64,000 nt of DNA from an uncultured Fibrobacteria bacterium (GTDB taxonomy: Bacteria; Fibrobacterota; Fibrobacteria; UBA11236). Below, in pieces: positions 51,575 to 64,000 of this stretch. Every line of letters starts with the position of its first letter. Within the stretch, counting starts at the first letter, position 1. The DNA lies in NCBI GenBank assembly GCA_963716395.1, contig OY970309.1, positions 1,920,001 to 1,984,000 of the forward strand, given 5' to 3'. Position numbers and translations under genes: made by a program. The notes below the pieces were generated by a model, which was not told the DNA's origin, searched no databases, and worked only from the letters and a program-made list of their open reading frames with translations.

Positions 51575-51802
51575 CCTGCGGAGAGCCTCCGGGGTGAGGC
51601 GGAAACTCCCACGACAATTATCGGATCGCCCAGGCTTCGATCGCAAGTGCCGTAAGGCCCGAAAGCGGCCGGCGGGGACGGACCTTTGCGGTTTTTGCCG
51701 GGCGGCTTTGGGTTGCGGCCTCAAGGTTCTGCGGATCCGCCAGGCGCCCAAGCGTCGCTACCTTTCGGGCGGTCGGCACAAGGGGAGCCAAAAGGGAGAC
51801 GC

Positions 51803-52519
51803 ATGAGGAACGATGGGAAAAGCAAACCGAGCGGTATGCGGACGGCCATGGTAACCGGTATGTTTCTGGCGGCGGCCTGGGGGCTGAACCCCATCAGCGA
51901 GGGCGGCTTCGCGCTGTGGCCGCGCGGGGTTTCGCCCACCGATTTCCGCGCCGAAGAAGGGTTCATTATTCTCAGCGGCTCCGGGGTGGAAATTCCCGGG
52001 GCGGTGTCGTTGCGCGCCACCCCGACTTTGGAATTGGGGGCAGGCTTGCAAACCTATTGGGGCGGAAACCGCGCCCACATTCCCTATCTGCCCTTGGGCG
52101 TGAAATATCAAACGGATCGCGCCACCGCCTTGAACCTCGACTTTTGGGTGCCGACGCAAAACGGCAACGGCGGCCTGCGCCTGGGCGCCTTGACCCGCCT
52201 GCAGCACGGCGGCCGCCTGTCGTCGGTGCTCTCCGGTCAAATCGGTTTTTTCGACGCCTTCACCGGCGGCGGCGGCGCGGCGCTGGGAACCGCCTGGACG
52301 CCATCGCTGCGGTTGCTCCGCGGGGTGTCGCTGCAATGCGGTCTGGTCGCCTCCAGCGACACGCGCGCCTTCAACGATCACTTCGCGTTCGACCTGCAAC
52401 CCGGCGCTTTCGTCGATCTGGGGCGCGGGTCTTCCCTGCTGTCGCAAATCACCCTAGGATTGGCCGGCCCCCACCGCGAAGACGTGCGCGCCGAGCTGGC
52501 GCTGTCCGAAGGGTTCTGA
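51803..52519 (+). CDS. Hypothetical outer-membrane beta-barrel protein
   Basis: Signal peptide-like N-terminus; amphipathic strands; C-terminal F. Confidence 0.55.
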   Translation: MRNDGKSKPSGMRTAMVTGMFLAAAWGLNPISEGGFALWPRGVSPTDFRAEEGFIILSGSGVEIPGAVSLRATPTLELGAGLQTYWGGNRAHIPYLPLGVKYQTDRATALNLDFWVPTQNGNGGLRLGALTRLQHGGRLSSVLSGQIGFFDAFTGGGGAALGTAWTPSLRLLRGVSLQCGLVASSDTRAFNDHFAFDLQPGAFVDLGRGSSLLSQITLGLAGPHREDVRAELALSEGF

Positions 52520-52534
52520 GGCGGCGCCTTCCCG

Positions 52535-53539
52535 TCAGCCCGCGGCCGGGCGGCCGTTCTGCGGTTGCAGAATCGGCCCGTCGTCGTGGTGGACCGGAGT
52601 CAGGCTGTGTAAATAGCGGTAGAGCGCGCGCAGGTCGTTTTCGTGCATGCGTTTCAGGCTGCCCCAGGGCATGGGATCATCGGGAATCAAAAGCCCGGCG
52701 CGAAAACGGTGTACGAACATGTCTTCGCTCCAGCCCGTGATATGCCCCGTGGTCGGATCGGGCGTGAGGTTCGGGCTCGAGAAGACGTAACCCGGGCGTA
52801 ACCGCGAGCGGAACAGCAATCCGCCGGAAAAAAACGGGCTCAGGTACTGGCCGGTTTTGAGATCGCGCGCCGTATGGCAGCCGCGGCAACTGCACACGGT
52901 GTTGGCCAGATACGAGCCGTAACGCGCGGTGGGTTCGGGCGGCATGCTGTCGGGGGGCGGCCCTTTGGGCGCGTAGGGCTTGATGAAATACGCCAAGGTG
53001 ATTTTGCCCAGCAGGTTGATTTGCGGATCGGGTGGTTGGCCGGGCGTGGGCGGCAGGGAGCGCAAAAAGGAAATCAGCGCCACCAAATCGCTCCGGGCCA
53101 GGTCGGCATAGGCATCCATGAAGGGCAGCCCGATATGTCCCGCGCGGTTCACGCCGTAGCGCAGCATGCGCGCCAACTGGCCGTCGCTCACCCGGCCGAT
53201 GCCCGTGGCCGAATCGGGCGTCAGGTTGCATGCCGCCCAGGTGCCGAGAAAGGTTTTCTCGCCCGGGCCGCCCGTGAGCGGAACCTCTTCACCGCGGAAC
53301 AGGCGCGGCCGCGCCGAGTCAGGGGCATGGCAATCGGCGCAATGCATGGGCCCGTAGACGAGATAGCGCCCGCGCGCGATTACGGCGGTGTCGGTCGAGG
53401 CATGGATGTCCGGCAGGGGGACGTCCCAGGTTTTGCGGTAGCCCCGGAAGGCGTAAAAAACAAAAACAACCAATACCACGATCACAAATATGACCAATCC
53501 CGCCCCGATCTGTCCCGTTCTGCGCAGCCATTTTTTCAC
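52535..53539 (-). CDS. Membrane-anchored diheme cytochrome c
   Basis: RGRYL...CADCH; YGSYL...CRGCH; two NLTPD repeats; MPW. Confidence 0.9.
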   Translation of the reverse strand: MKKWLRRTGQIGAGLVIFVIVVLVVFVFYAFRGYRKTWDVPLPDIHASTDTAVIARGRYLVYGPMHCADCHAPDSARPRLFRGEEVPLTGGPGEKTFLGTWAACNLTPDSATGIGRVSDGQLARMLRYGVNRAGHIGLPFMDAYADLARSDLVALISFLRSLPPTPGQPPDPQINLLGKITLAYFIKPYAPKGPPPDSMPPEPTARYGSYLANTVCSCRGCHTARDLKTGQYLSPFFSGGLLFRSRLRPGYVFSSPNLTPDPTTGHITGWSEDMFVHRFRAGLLIPDDPMPWGSLKRMHENDLRALYRYLHSLTPVHHDDGPILQPQNGRPAAG

Positions 53540-53930
53540 CTTCGTCCTCCCCGTGGCATCCCGATTCCGGCCCGATTTTTTCCGCCCCGATCCGGTCGGG
53601 CGGCGGCGGGCCTGGTCTAACCCAATGAATCAAAAGGAAAAAGAATCCGGCCCGCCCGGTAAAATTTTTTTTGCCGGCCGACTTTTCCACCGATCGTTCG
53701 CTGTTGTTCATTCTGCGACAAGCGGTTACCCGTTGGCTTTCGTGTCGACAGCTCGGTTGCGAGCTCTCAGGCGCCACCGCGGGGGAGCGATGGTAATTTT
53801 AGGTATGAAAAGGACTTGAAGGCCAAAGCGATCGGTTTTTTAATGCGTTCGCATCCCAGTGGAAATCGATCCCTTGGATAAGATTAGATTGGAAAACCAC
53901 CCGAAATTTTAGACACGCGGAGGACGGCAC

Positions 53931-56900
53931 ATGCGTTTCGAACGAAAGTTTATCCCGGCAGATCAAAACCCCTATGACGCGGTCCAGTATGCGTGGCGCA
54001 AATCGCAGGTGCGGGCCTTGGATTCTTCGGCCGCATCGGCGGCCCTGGAAGTTGAAGTGCCCGAAGCCTGGTCGCAAACCGCCACCGACATCCTGGCGCA
54101 AAAGTATCTCCGCCGCCGCGACGTGCCGGCTACGCCCGGCTCGGAAAAAGCCGCAACCGGCGGCGAGAACAGCGTGCGCCAGGTGGTGGACCGCCTGGTG
54201 GGATGCTGGCGCCATTGGGGCGACAAACTCGGCTATTTCGACACCCCGGGGGATGCCCAGAATTTCTACGACGACTTGGCGGTCATGCTGCTCAAGCAAA
54301 TGGCGGCGCCCAATTCGCCGCAATGGTTCAACACCGGCCTGAACTGGAAGTACGGCATCACCGGCTCGGCGCAGGGCCATTACTACGTCGATCCCGCCGA
54401 CAACCAAGTCAAGCAGTCGGCCGACGCCTATACGCGCCCCCAACCGCATGCCTGCTTCATCCAGTCGGTCGACGATGATTTGCTGGGCGAGAACGGCATC
54501 TATTCGCTGCTGCAGCGCGAAGGGCGCATTTTCAAATACGGTTCCGGCACCGGTACCAATTTCAGCGCCGTGCGTTCGGCCGGCGAGCATTTGGGCGGCG
54601 GCGGCGTATCGTCGGGCCTGATGTCTTTTCTCAAGGTGTTCGACCGCGCCGCGGGCGCCATCAAATCTGGCGGCACCACGCGGCGCGCCGCCAAGATGGT
54701 GTGCCTCGATCTCGACCATCCCGAAATCGAAGACTTCATTTCCTGGAAAAGCCGCGAAGAGGAAAAGGTGGCGGCGATGCTGGCGGGATCGGCCGTGCTC
54801 AAGGCCGGCGAGCAGGCCATGCACAAATTGGGCCGCGATGCCGGCAATCCGGCGACTTCAGGCGCGGCCTTCGTGCCCGAGGCCGTATGGGAGCGCGCGC
54901 GCGCGCTGATCAATCAGGGCATTCCCGTGGGCGACCGCGAAGTGTTCGAAGCCCATTTCGAGGGCGAAGCCTATGTCACGGTGAGCGGTCAGAACTCAAA
55001 CAACTCGGTGCGCGTGCCCAACGTCTTTCTCGACGCCGTCGACGCCGACAGCGACTGGCAGCTTTTGGGCCGCGTGGAGCGCAAGGTGCTGAAGACGGTG
55101 AAGGCGCGGGCCCTGTGGGAGCGCATCGGCCGCTCGGCCTGGGACTGCGCCGATCCCGGCGTGCAATACGACGACATCATCAATGAATGGCATACCTGCC
55201 CGGCCGACGGCCGCATCCGCGCGTCCAACCCCTGCTCGGAATACATGTTTCTCGATGACACGGCCTGCAACCTGGCTTCGCTCAACCTGGTGGCCTTTCA
55301 GAAAGAAGACGGCACGCTCGACCTCGAGACTTTTTCCCATGCCGTGCGCCTGTGGACCGTGGTGCTCGACATCTCGGTGGGCATGGCGCAATTTCCGTCG
55401 CCGGCCATCGCGCGCAAGTCCTACGATTACCGCACGTTGGGACTCGGCTACGCCAACCTCGGCGCTTTTCTCATGCGTGCGGGCATTCCCTACGATTCCC
55501 GCGCGGCGGCCGATTGGACGCAAACCATCACCGCCCTTTTGGGCGGCGAATCCTATGCCGCTTCGGCGGAAATGGCCGGGGCCCTGGGGTCATTTCCCCG
55601 CTTCACGGCCAACCGCGACGCCATGCTGCGCGTGATCCGCAACCACGAACGCGCGGCCCGGGCCGCGTCGGTTTCGGAATACGAAGGGCTGTCGGTGATT
55701 CCGCGCGGACTCGCCGGCGAGTTCGCCCCCGAATCCATGGTCGCCGCGGCGCGCGAGGCCTGGGAACGCGCTTTGATCCTCGGCGCCAACCACGGCTTCC
55801 GCAACGCGCAGGTTACCGTGCTGGCTCCCACGGGCACCATCGGCCTCATCATGGATTGCGACACCACCGGCATCGAGCCCGACTTCGCCATGGTGAAGTT
55901 CAAGAAGCTGGCCGGCGGGGGCTATTTCAAAATCGTCAACCGTTCGCTGCCCGTGGCCATGCGCCGCCTTGGCTATGCGGCCAACGAAACCGACGCCATC
56001 GAACGCTATTGCCTGGGCAGCGGCAGCCTCGAAGGCGCGCCCCATGTGAACCGCGCCACGCTGTCCGAACGCGGTTTCACCGAAGAGGTGATCCGCAAGG
56101 TCGAAAAGGCGCTGCCGATGGCGCTGTCGCTGGAAGACGCCTTTCATCCCCACCTGTTGGGACGTGAATTTCTGCAGAGCCTGGGACTGCGGCCCGAAGC
56201 GGTCGAAGGAGACGGCTACGACGTGCTTGAAACCCTGGGCTTTTCCCCGGAGCACATCGAAGAGGCCGATCGCACCATCTGCGGGGCGCAAACCGTCGAA
56301 GGAGCGCCCTTTCTCAAGCCCGAGCATTACGCCATATTCGACTGCGCCAGCAAATGCGGCAAAGGCGTGCGCTCCATCGCGCCCTTGGGCCATTTGCGCA
56401 TCATGGCCGCGGCGCAGCCGTTCATCTCGGGCGCCATTTCCAAAACCGTGAATCTGCCCAATGAAGCCACGGTGGCCGACATGCTCGGCATTTACCGCGA
56501 AGGCCATCAAGGCATGCTCAAAGCCATTTCGGTGTACCGCGACGGATGCAAGATGTCGCAACCGCTCAACGTCAAGAAAACGCGGCAGAAGGCGGCACCG
56601 GCGGTGGCGGCGCCGCGGGCGGTCGAAAACGTCTGGGAGTCATCGGTGCCGGCTTCGGCACGCCAGCCGCGTCCGGTGCGGCGGCGATTGCCCACCCGAC
56701 GCGGCGGCTTTGTACAGGAAGTCACGGTCGGCGGGCACAAGCTCTTTTTGCGCACGGGCGAATACCCCGACGGCACCTTGGGTGAAATTTTCATCGACAT
56801 GTACAAGGAGGGCGCGGGCTATCGCGGCATTTTGAACTGCTTCGCGGTGCTGACCTCCAAGGCGCTGCAATACGGTATTCCGCTGGAAGAACTGGTCGAC

Positions 56901-57311
56901 ACTTTCACCTTCACGCGCTTCGAACCCGCGGGTCCGGTGGGGGGCCACGCCAACATCAAGAATTGCACCTCGCTGCTCGATCTGATTTTCCGTACGCTGG
57001 GACTTTCCTATCTCGGGCAAACGGATTTCGTGCACGTGAAACCCGTCGACGCTCCGGGAGCGCGCGGGGCGGCCGGACCGGCTCCGGAATCCGGCGAAGC
57101 GTCGGGTGCAGGCGACGAAAACGTACCCGCGGTTTCTCCGCTGGCCCGTCCGGGGCAGACCTTTGCGGGCACGCATAGCGAAGCGGCCCACCTGTCGCGC
57201 CGGGCCGGGTATACGGGCGACGGATGCTCTTCCTGCGGATCGATGCGGGTGCGCCGCAACGGCACTTGCGTGGTCTGCGAAGACTGCGGCACCACCAGCG
57301 GCTGTTCCTGA
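53931..57311 (+). CDS. nrdJ: Adenosylcobalamin-dependent (class II) ribonucleotide reductase
   Basis: PNSPQWFNTG, PQPHACFIQ, SNPCSEY, APTGTI, ISKTVNLP, TSCPD-like domain, C-terminal CxxC..CxxC..GCS. Confidence 0.96.
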   Translation: MRFERKFIPADQNPYDAVQYAWRKSQVRALDSSAASAALEVEVPEAWSQTATDILAQKYLRRRDVPATPGSEKAATGGENSVRQVVDRLVGCWRHWGDKLGYFDTPGDAQNFYDDLAVMLLKQMAAPNSPQWFNTGLNWKYGITGSAQGHYYVDPADNQVKQSADAYTRPQPHACFIQSVDDDLLGENGIYSLLQREGRIFKYGSGTGTNFSAVRSAGEHLGGGGVSSGLMSFLKVFDRAAGAIKSGGTTRRAAKMVCLDLDHPEIEDFISWKSREEEKVAAMLAGSAVLKAGEQAMHKLGRDAGNPATSGAAFVPEAVWERARALINQGIPVGDREVFEAHFEGEAYVTVSGQNSNNSVRVPNVFLDAVDADSDWQLLGRVERKVLKTVKARALWERIGRSAWDCADPGVQYDDIINEWHTCPADGRIRASNPCSEYMFLDDTACNLASLNLVAFQKEDGTLDLETFSHAVRLWTVVLDISVGMAQFPSPAIARKSYDYRTLGLGYANLGAFLMRAGIPYDSRAAADWTQTITALLGGESYAASAEMAGALGSFPRFTANRDAMLRVIRNHERAARAASVSEYEGLSVIPRGLAGEFAPESMVAAAREAWERALILGANHGFRNAQVTVLAPTGTIGLIMDCDTTGIEPDFAMVKFKKLAGGGYFKIVNRSLPVAMRRLGYAANETDAIERYCLGSGSLEGAPHVNRATLSERGFTEEVIRKVEKALPMALSLEDAFHPHLLGREFLQSLGLRPEAVEGDGYDVLETLGFSPEHIEEADRTICGAQTVEGAPFLKPEHYAIFDCASKCGKGVRSIAPLGHLRIMAAAQPFISGAISKTVNLPNEATVADMLGIYREGHQGMLKAISVYRDGCKMSQPLNVKKTRQKAAPAVAAPRAVENVWESSVPASARQPRPVRRRLPTRRGGFVQEVTVGGHKLFLRTGEYPDGTLGEIFIDMYKEGAGYRGILNCFAVLTSKALQYGIPLEELVDTFTFTRFEPAGPVGGHANIKNCTSLLDLIFRTLGLSYLGQTDFVHVKPVDAPGARGAAGPAPESGEASGAGDENVPAVSPLARPGQTFAGTHSEAAHLSRRAGYTGDGCSSCGSMRVRRNGTCVVCEDCGTTSGCS

Positions 57312-57402
57312 AGCTTTCGCGGTTGTTTGAGGACGATTCCCGCCGCCTTGTAGCTTCAAGGCGGCGTTTTTATTCCGATAAACATGTCAGAGGTGGAATC
57401 CC

Positions 57403-58053
57403 ATGTCGCTTGCGATCGATACCAGCCAGGTTTCTTCCCCCGATACCACCGCATCTTCGGGCCAAGTCACTTTTGCCGGCGTGCAGACCCTGGCCGCGGA
57501 TCAGATCACGGCCTTGCTGCCCTCAAGTACTCCGGCCGCGGTGTACACGCCATCGCAGTTGTATAATGCGGTGAGCTACCAGGCTTTCGGCGCAATGGGC
57601 GGCAGCGGAAGCATCGCCTACCAGGATTACCTTCAGGCCACCGAAGCCGCGTCCGCTTCCACGACCGCGACGGATTCTACCTCCACCGCCGACCCGACTT
57701 CGGATCCCACCGCTGCCGATGGTACCGCTTCCGATACGACTTCAGACATTACGTCCAACACGACTTCCGACCCCGCCACCGATACCACGTCCGATCCCAC
57801 CGCGGAGGCCACGAGTTCCACTGCGGTTTCCGACAGCTCGACGAGCACCAATTCTTCTGGTGTGGATTCGTCGGCCAATCCGGCCAATATGACCGACGAG
57901 CTTTTGCAAGAAGCCGGGTGGACGGCGCCGGCCGCGAATCCCTATCAGGTGACCACGGATTTTTTCGCCGACCAAACTCAGATTCCCGCGGCCAATGCTT
58001 ACGGCTCCACCACGACGCAGGATTTGGGTCAGGTTTACAACGCCCTGGTGTAA
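57403..58053 (+). CDS. Acidic Ser/Thr/Asp low-complexity protein
   Basis: GAGGTGG RBS; TSDP-type repeats; C-terminal LGQVYNALV. Confidence 0.7.
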   Translation: MSLAIDTSQVSSPDTTASSGQVTFAGVQTLAADQITALLPSSTPAAVYTPSQLYNAVSYQAFGAMGGSGSIAYQDYLQATEAASASTTATDSTSTADPTSDPTAADGTASDTTSDITSNTTSDPATDTTSDPTAEATSSTAVSDSSTSTNSSGVDSSANPANMTDELLQEAGWTAPAANPYQVTTDFFADQTQIPAANAYGSTTTQDLGQVYNALV

Positions 58054-58192
58054 AGGGAAAACCCCTCATCCTCGCTGGTCCGTCTCGAACCGACGAGGCC
58101 CGCGCCTGCTTCCCGCGCCCACCGATGGACGTCGAAGGCCAAGGCGGAAGTTTGGCTCGCTCGGCGGGCGTTGCCCACCGCCCGCAATCGGT

Positions 58193-58540
58193 TCAATCGT
58201 TGAGTTCGGAGCGGCGTTCCGCGGAGATGAAATCCTCATCGGGCGCATCGGTGCGGGCGCCGAGATGGCGCAAAAGCCGCATGGCTTCGAGACGCCCGTT
58301 GGAGGAGGCGGCCAAATACGGCGTCCAACCTTCGGCGTTATGGCTGTTGATGTCGGCGCCATCTTTGATCAGGCGTTCCATCTCATCGACCTGGCCTTTT
58401 CCGGAAGCTTCGATCAACAAGTTGTTCTTGGAAGATTGCGGCAGCACGGAACAAGCCGAGAGCGCGGCGCCACTGCAGATCAGCGCCGCGGCTAAAAAGG
58501 CGGAGGGGCTTTTGCAAGCGGAGCTTGCCGTCCGCGCCAT
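58193..58540 (-). CDS. Small ankyrin-repeat lipoprotein
   Basis: Lipobox LSAC; LIEASGKG...GADIN...GWTPYLAASSNG...LLRHLGA. Confidence 0.85.
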   Translation of the reverse strand: MARTASSACKSPSAFLAAALICSGAALSACSVLPQSSKNNLLIEASGKGQVDEMERLIKDGADINSHNAEGWTPYLAASSNGRLEAMRLLRHLGARTDAPDEDFISAERRSELND

Positions 58541-58771
58541 GTCGTAGAACCGTCGCAAGTCACGCAGATATTTCAAAGACACCAACCCCTCTTATTTCCG
58601 TTGACGACCTCCCAGGCTAGGCGTCGCGAACGAAACAGTAAGGTTATGGTATCTGATTCGATCTTCACCCGGGGGTCAAATTTTTGTTTTCGCAATTGGG
58701 GTCCATTGAGGAAACGATTCTTTGGCCGCACTTTTTTTTGCTTTTTGGGTGTGCTAAAATCTTTTTCACCC

Positions 58772-59131
58772 ATGGCGATTCACAAGGCCTTGAACAAGGC
58801 GGCGCTCATCAATCTGTACAATATCGGCGGCAAGGAATTGGTCGTGAGACTGATCGATCGGTTCGTGCAAGCAACGCCGTCGCGCCTCGAAACCGCGCAG
58901 TCCTGCGCAGCGCGGCAGGATTGGCGCGCGCTGCATCTGGTGGCGCATTCGCTCAAGGCCACCTCGGCCAATGTGGGCGCGGATCGATTTCGCAACCTGG
59001 CCGAAAAGCTGGAAGATCTGGCCGGCTTGGGCCGCGGCGAGCAGATGGAATCGGCGCTGGAAGAGTTGGAAACGGAGTTTCGCGCCGCCGAGATCGGGCT
59101 TCGCCACGAACGTCTGGAATGGCAGACCTGA
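58772..59131 (+). CDS. Stand-alone Hpt domain protein
   Basis: GGKELVVRLIDRF...AHSLKATSANVGA. Confidence 0.88.
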   Translation: MAIHKALNKAALINLYNIGGKELVVRLIDRFVQATPSRLETAQSCAARQDWRALHLVAHSLKATSANVGADRFRNLAEKLEDLAGLGRGEQMESALEELETEFRAAEIGLRHERLEWQT

Positions 59132-59168
59132 CGGTTTTTCCCGTTTCCGGTTTTATTAATCTTGCAAA

Positions 59169-59971
59169 GTGTCGTCCAGGAATTTCCGGGCTTTTCATTT
59201 CGCGCAGGACCATGCCTCCGAGGTGCAGGAATGGGTGGTCGAGGAAGGGCCGCTGCAACTTCGCGTCAACGGCGCTCCCTTTACCGTCACGCTCCGCACA
59301 CCCGGGGCCGATCGCGAGTTGGCGTTGGGGCTGCTTTTTTCCGAAGGGCTCGTGGAAACCCCCGATGATTTGATTTCACTGGAGGCCGAACCGGATCAAA
59401 ACGGGGCCGCGGTTTGGGCCGCGACGGTGAAGCACCAACCCGCGCCCAAGGAATTTTCCGCGCGCTCCCTGGCCTCGACCTCCTCCTGCGGGTTGTGCGG
59501 AAAGACGGAATGGGAAGCGCCGGTTCCGGATCAGGGCCGCGGGGGATTTTCGGAAACGCGGTTTCTGCGCACCCAGCTGGCCAAGTGCTTCGCAGAAATG
59601 GGATCGCGGCAAATCCTTTTCGATCGCACCGGGGGCAGCCATGCCGCGGCCATCTTTTCCGCAGCCGGAGATCTGCTGGCCATGGGCGAAGATGCCGGGC
59701 GCCACAACGCCGTGGACAAGGCCGTGGGTGATTTGTGGTTCCGGGAAGGGCTTCGGCAAGGGGCGCTGCTGTGCGTCAGCGGCCGGGTGTCCTATGAAAT
59801 CGCCGCCAAGGCGCGGCGCGCGGGGCTCGGCTTTCTGGCGGCGGTGTCCGCGCCCTCGTCCATGGCGGTGGAATTTTGCCGCGCGGCGGGGATGGTGTTG
59901 ATGGGATTTTGCCGGGGCGACAAGGCCACGGTGTATTCCCACGCCGAGCGGCTGGCGGAGGAACCCGTAAC

Positions 59972-59975
<4 letters not shown>
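59169..59975 (+). CDS. fdhD: Formate dehydrogenase accessory sulfurtransferase
   Basis: LRTPG.D.EL..G, SSCGLCGK, TGGSHAA, EDAGRHNAVDK, SGRVSYE, SAPSS. Confidence 0.95.
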
Positions 59976-62209
<2,234 letters not shown>

Positions 62210-62219
62210 AATCGAGTGG

Positions 62220-63464
62220 TCATTCATGCACTGCGGAATCGAGCGCGGCCACGAGGTCGCCCGGCGTCAGCACTTGGGGTAGAATCCGATAGGCGGAACT
62301 GTGGCCGGAATAGAGCACGTAGAGCGGAATGCTGCTGCGGCCATACCCCGCCAGCGCCTCGGCAATGGCCGAATCACCGTTGGTCCAATCGGCTTTGAGC
62401 GCGGCGACGCCCTTGTCGGCGAAGCTCCGGGCCACCTCGGGCCGCGACAGCGCCACCTTTTCGTTCACCTTGCAACTGATGCACCAGTCGGCCGTGAAGT
62501 CGATGAACACGGGCTGATGGCCGCCGAGCAATTGCGCCAGCCGGTCGGCGGAAAACGGCTGCCAGTCGATGCCGCCCGGGTTCGGCGCCGCGACGCGCAG
62601 ACCCGCGCCCGCGGGAAGCCGGCGCGCCTCATGCAAGGTGAGCATCAAGGCCGGTACGAAGATCAGCAATGCCACCAGGGCGGCGGTGAGACGGATGTGG
62701 CCGGGGTGGTGCAGCACCATCCATTTGCCGAGCACCCAGGCGCTTAAACCCGCGGCCAGCAGCATGGCGAGCAAGGCGGCCATGGAATCGACGCCGGTTT
62801 GCCGCCCGAACACCCAGGCCAGCCAAATCACGGTGGCGAGCATGGGGAAGCCCAAGAATTGTTTGAGGTGGTTCATCCATGGGCCGGGCTTGGGCAGAAA
62901 GCGCAGCCATTTCGGAAACGCGGAGAGCAGGAGATAGGGAAAGGCGACGCCCAAGGCCAGGGCCGTGAACGTCAATAGCCCCACGGCGGCGGATTGGGTG
63001 AAGGCATAGGCCAAAGCCGAACCCATGAAGGGCCCGGTGCAAGGCGTGGCCACCAAGGTGGCGGTGACGCCGGCAAAAAACGATCCGCCAAAGCCCTTGC
63101 GTTCGCCGCCGGGGGGTAGACGTGTGAAGAGATAACCGACTTCGAACACGCCGAACAAATGCAGGCTGAAAAAGAAAAGCAGCGCCGCCAGTACGATGAC
63201 GAAGGCGGGCGATTGCAATTGATAGCCCCAGCCGAGCTGGTGCCCGCCCCGCCGCAGCAACAGCAGCAATCCCGCCAGTATCCAGAAGGAAATCAAGGTG
63301 CCGGCCGTGAAGGCCAGGCCATGGGCGAATACGTGACCGCGCTTACGTCCCGCACGTTGGACGAAGTCGAAAATCTTCAGGGACAACACCGGCAACACGC
63401 AGGGCATGAGATTGAGAATCATGCCTCCGAAAAAGGCGAGGGCCAAAGCGGCGGGCAGATGCAT
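62220..63464 (-). CDS. dsbD: DsbD-like disulfide reductase (TM + thioredoxin domains only)
   Basis: LNLMPCVLP, ATPCTGP, LPKPGPWM, FTADWCISCK; no N-terminal Ig-like domain. Confidence 0.85.
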   Translation of the reverse strand: MHLPAALALAFFGGMILNLMPCVLPVLSLKIFDFVQRAGRKRGHVFAHGLAFTAGTLISFWILAGLLLLLRRGGHQLGWGYQLQSPAFVIVLAALLFFFSLHLFGVFEVGYLFTRLPPGGERKGFGGSFFAGVTATLVATPCTGPFMGSALAYAFTQSAAVGLLTFTALALGVAFPYLLLSAFPKWLRFLPKPGPWMNHLKQFLGFPMLATVIWLAWVFGRQTGVDSMAALLAMLLAAGLSAWVLGKWMVLHHPGHIRLTAALVALLIFVPALMLTLHEARRLPAGAGLRVAAPNPGGIDWQPFSADRLAQLLGGHQPVFIDFTADWCISCKVNEKVALSRPEVARSFADKGVAALKADWTNGDSAIAEALAGYGRSSIPLYVLYSGHSSAYRILPQVLTPGDLVAALDSAVHE

Positions 63465-63859
63465 GCCGATAATATACCCGCCGGGTGCGGGTTTCCTGCG
63501 GGTCGGTTGCAGGGCTGCCCGCCGAATGCTGCGCCGACGCGGCGCGGCTGTCTTCCGCTGCGCGGAATGGGCGACGGCGCCGGGTGGGGCTTCGGAAGCG
63601 TCTCCACGCGATGGGTTCGCGCTTGGCGGCGTGCCGGAGCGGTCGCCGGGCTGTTCTTTCTGGCCCTAACCCTGGCCGCCGGATTTTTGCCGACGCGAAT
63701 TTTGGGATAGCTTCGGCTACAAAGACAACGAGTCCGCAATTAGTACCACGAGTATAAGGCCGAAAAATTGACTTGCCTTTATATTAAGTGCCCAAAAACC
63801 ATGTCGGGGTTGCCGGTTTGCGATCGTTCATTATTACGAAAGGAAAGGAAAGCATAAAG

Positions 63860-64000
63860 ATGAAAGCCGCCTTAAAAAATTGCAGTGTATCCGCAGGTCT
63901 CGCCTTGCTGACGGCTTCCCTCTTGGCCGTGAAGGCGTTTTCGCAAGACCCCAACTTCTATATCTTCCTGGCCTTCGGCCAATCCAACATGGAAGGGTAT
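63860..64000 (+). CDS. SASA/CE6-family acetyl esterase (partial)
   Basis: Signal peptide then QDPNFYIFLAFGQSNMEG; runs off the window. Confidence 0.85.
   Translation, partial: MKAALKNCSVSAGLALLTASLLAVKAFSQDPNFYIFLAFGQSNMEGY

Noticed and set aside
53931-57311. Intein or intron in nrdJ (also checked dnaE)
   Set aside because: Normal lengths, contiguous motifs, no splice-junction or homing-endonuclease signatures seen.

Overview
GC-rich bacterial chromosomal window, most likely Fibrobacterota. This is inferred from a TIGR02147/DUF4423 gene followed by an 'AGGSSETEN' lipoprotein, secreted glycan enzymes with D(A/L)LGR tails, and a CglF-like protein. Housekeeping genes: argC, dnaE, divIVA, tsaD, pyrC, sahR-like regulator + metH, mqnC-like, ilvB/ilvN, nrdJ, fdhD + ydeP-like, dsbD. 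Accessory modules: sugar ABC transporter; CDF transporter divergent from a porin/FMN-binding/ApbE/membrane-protein operon; phytase-like and GH10 enzymes; DUF2946(CruR-like)-TlpA-TonB receptor operon; Phd/VapC TA pair; DoxX + BufA2-like Cys-rich precursor with no MNIO enzyme beside it; a 76-bp MITE. Best candidates for new biology: (i) a CxxC/RGPP arrest-peptide-like uORF heading a TlpA-TBDT operon; (ii) the TIGR02147-lipoprotein-esterase module; (iii) an orphan bufferin-like precursor; (iv) a 2.3-kb interval (24.1-26.4 kb) with short diverged relics of three neighbouring genes; (v) an XPB-associated/WYL protein coupled to dnaE. No rRNA, tRNA or CRISPR array was seen. Two single-base frameshifts may be sequencing errors. 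All family calls come from motif recognition by eye, not database searches.
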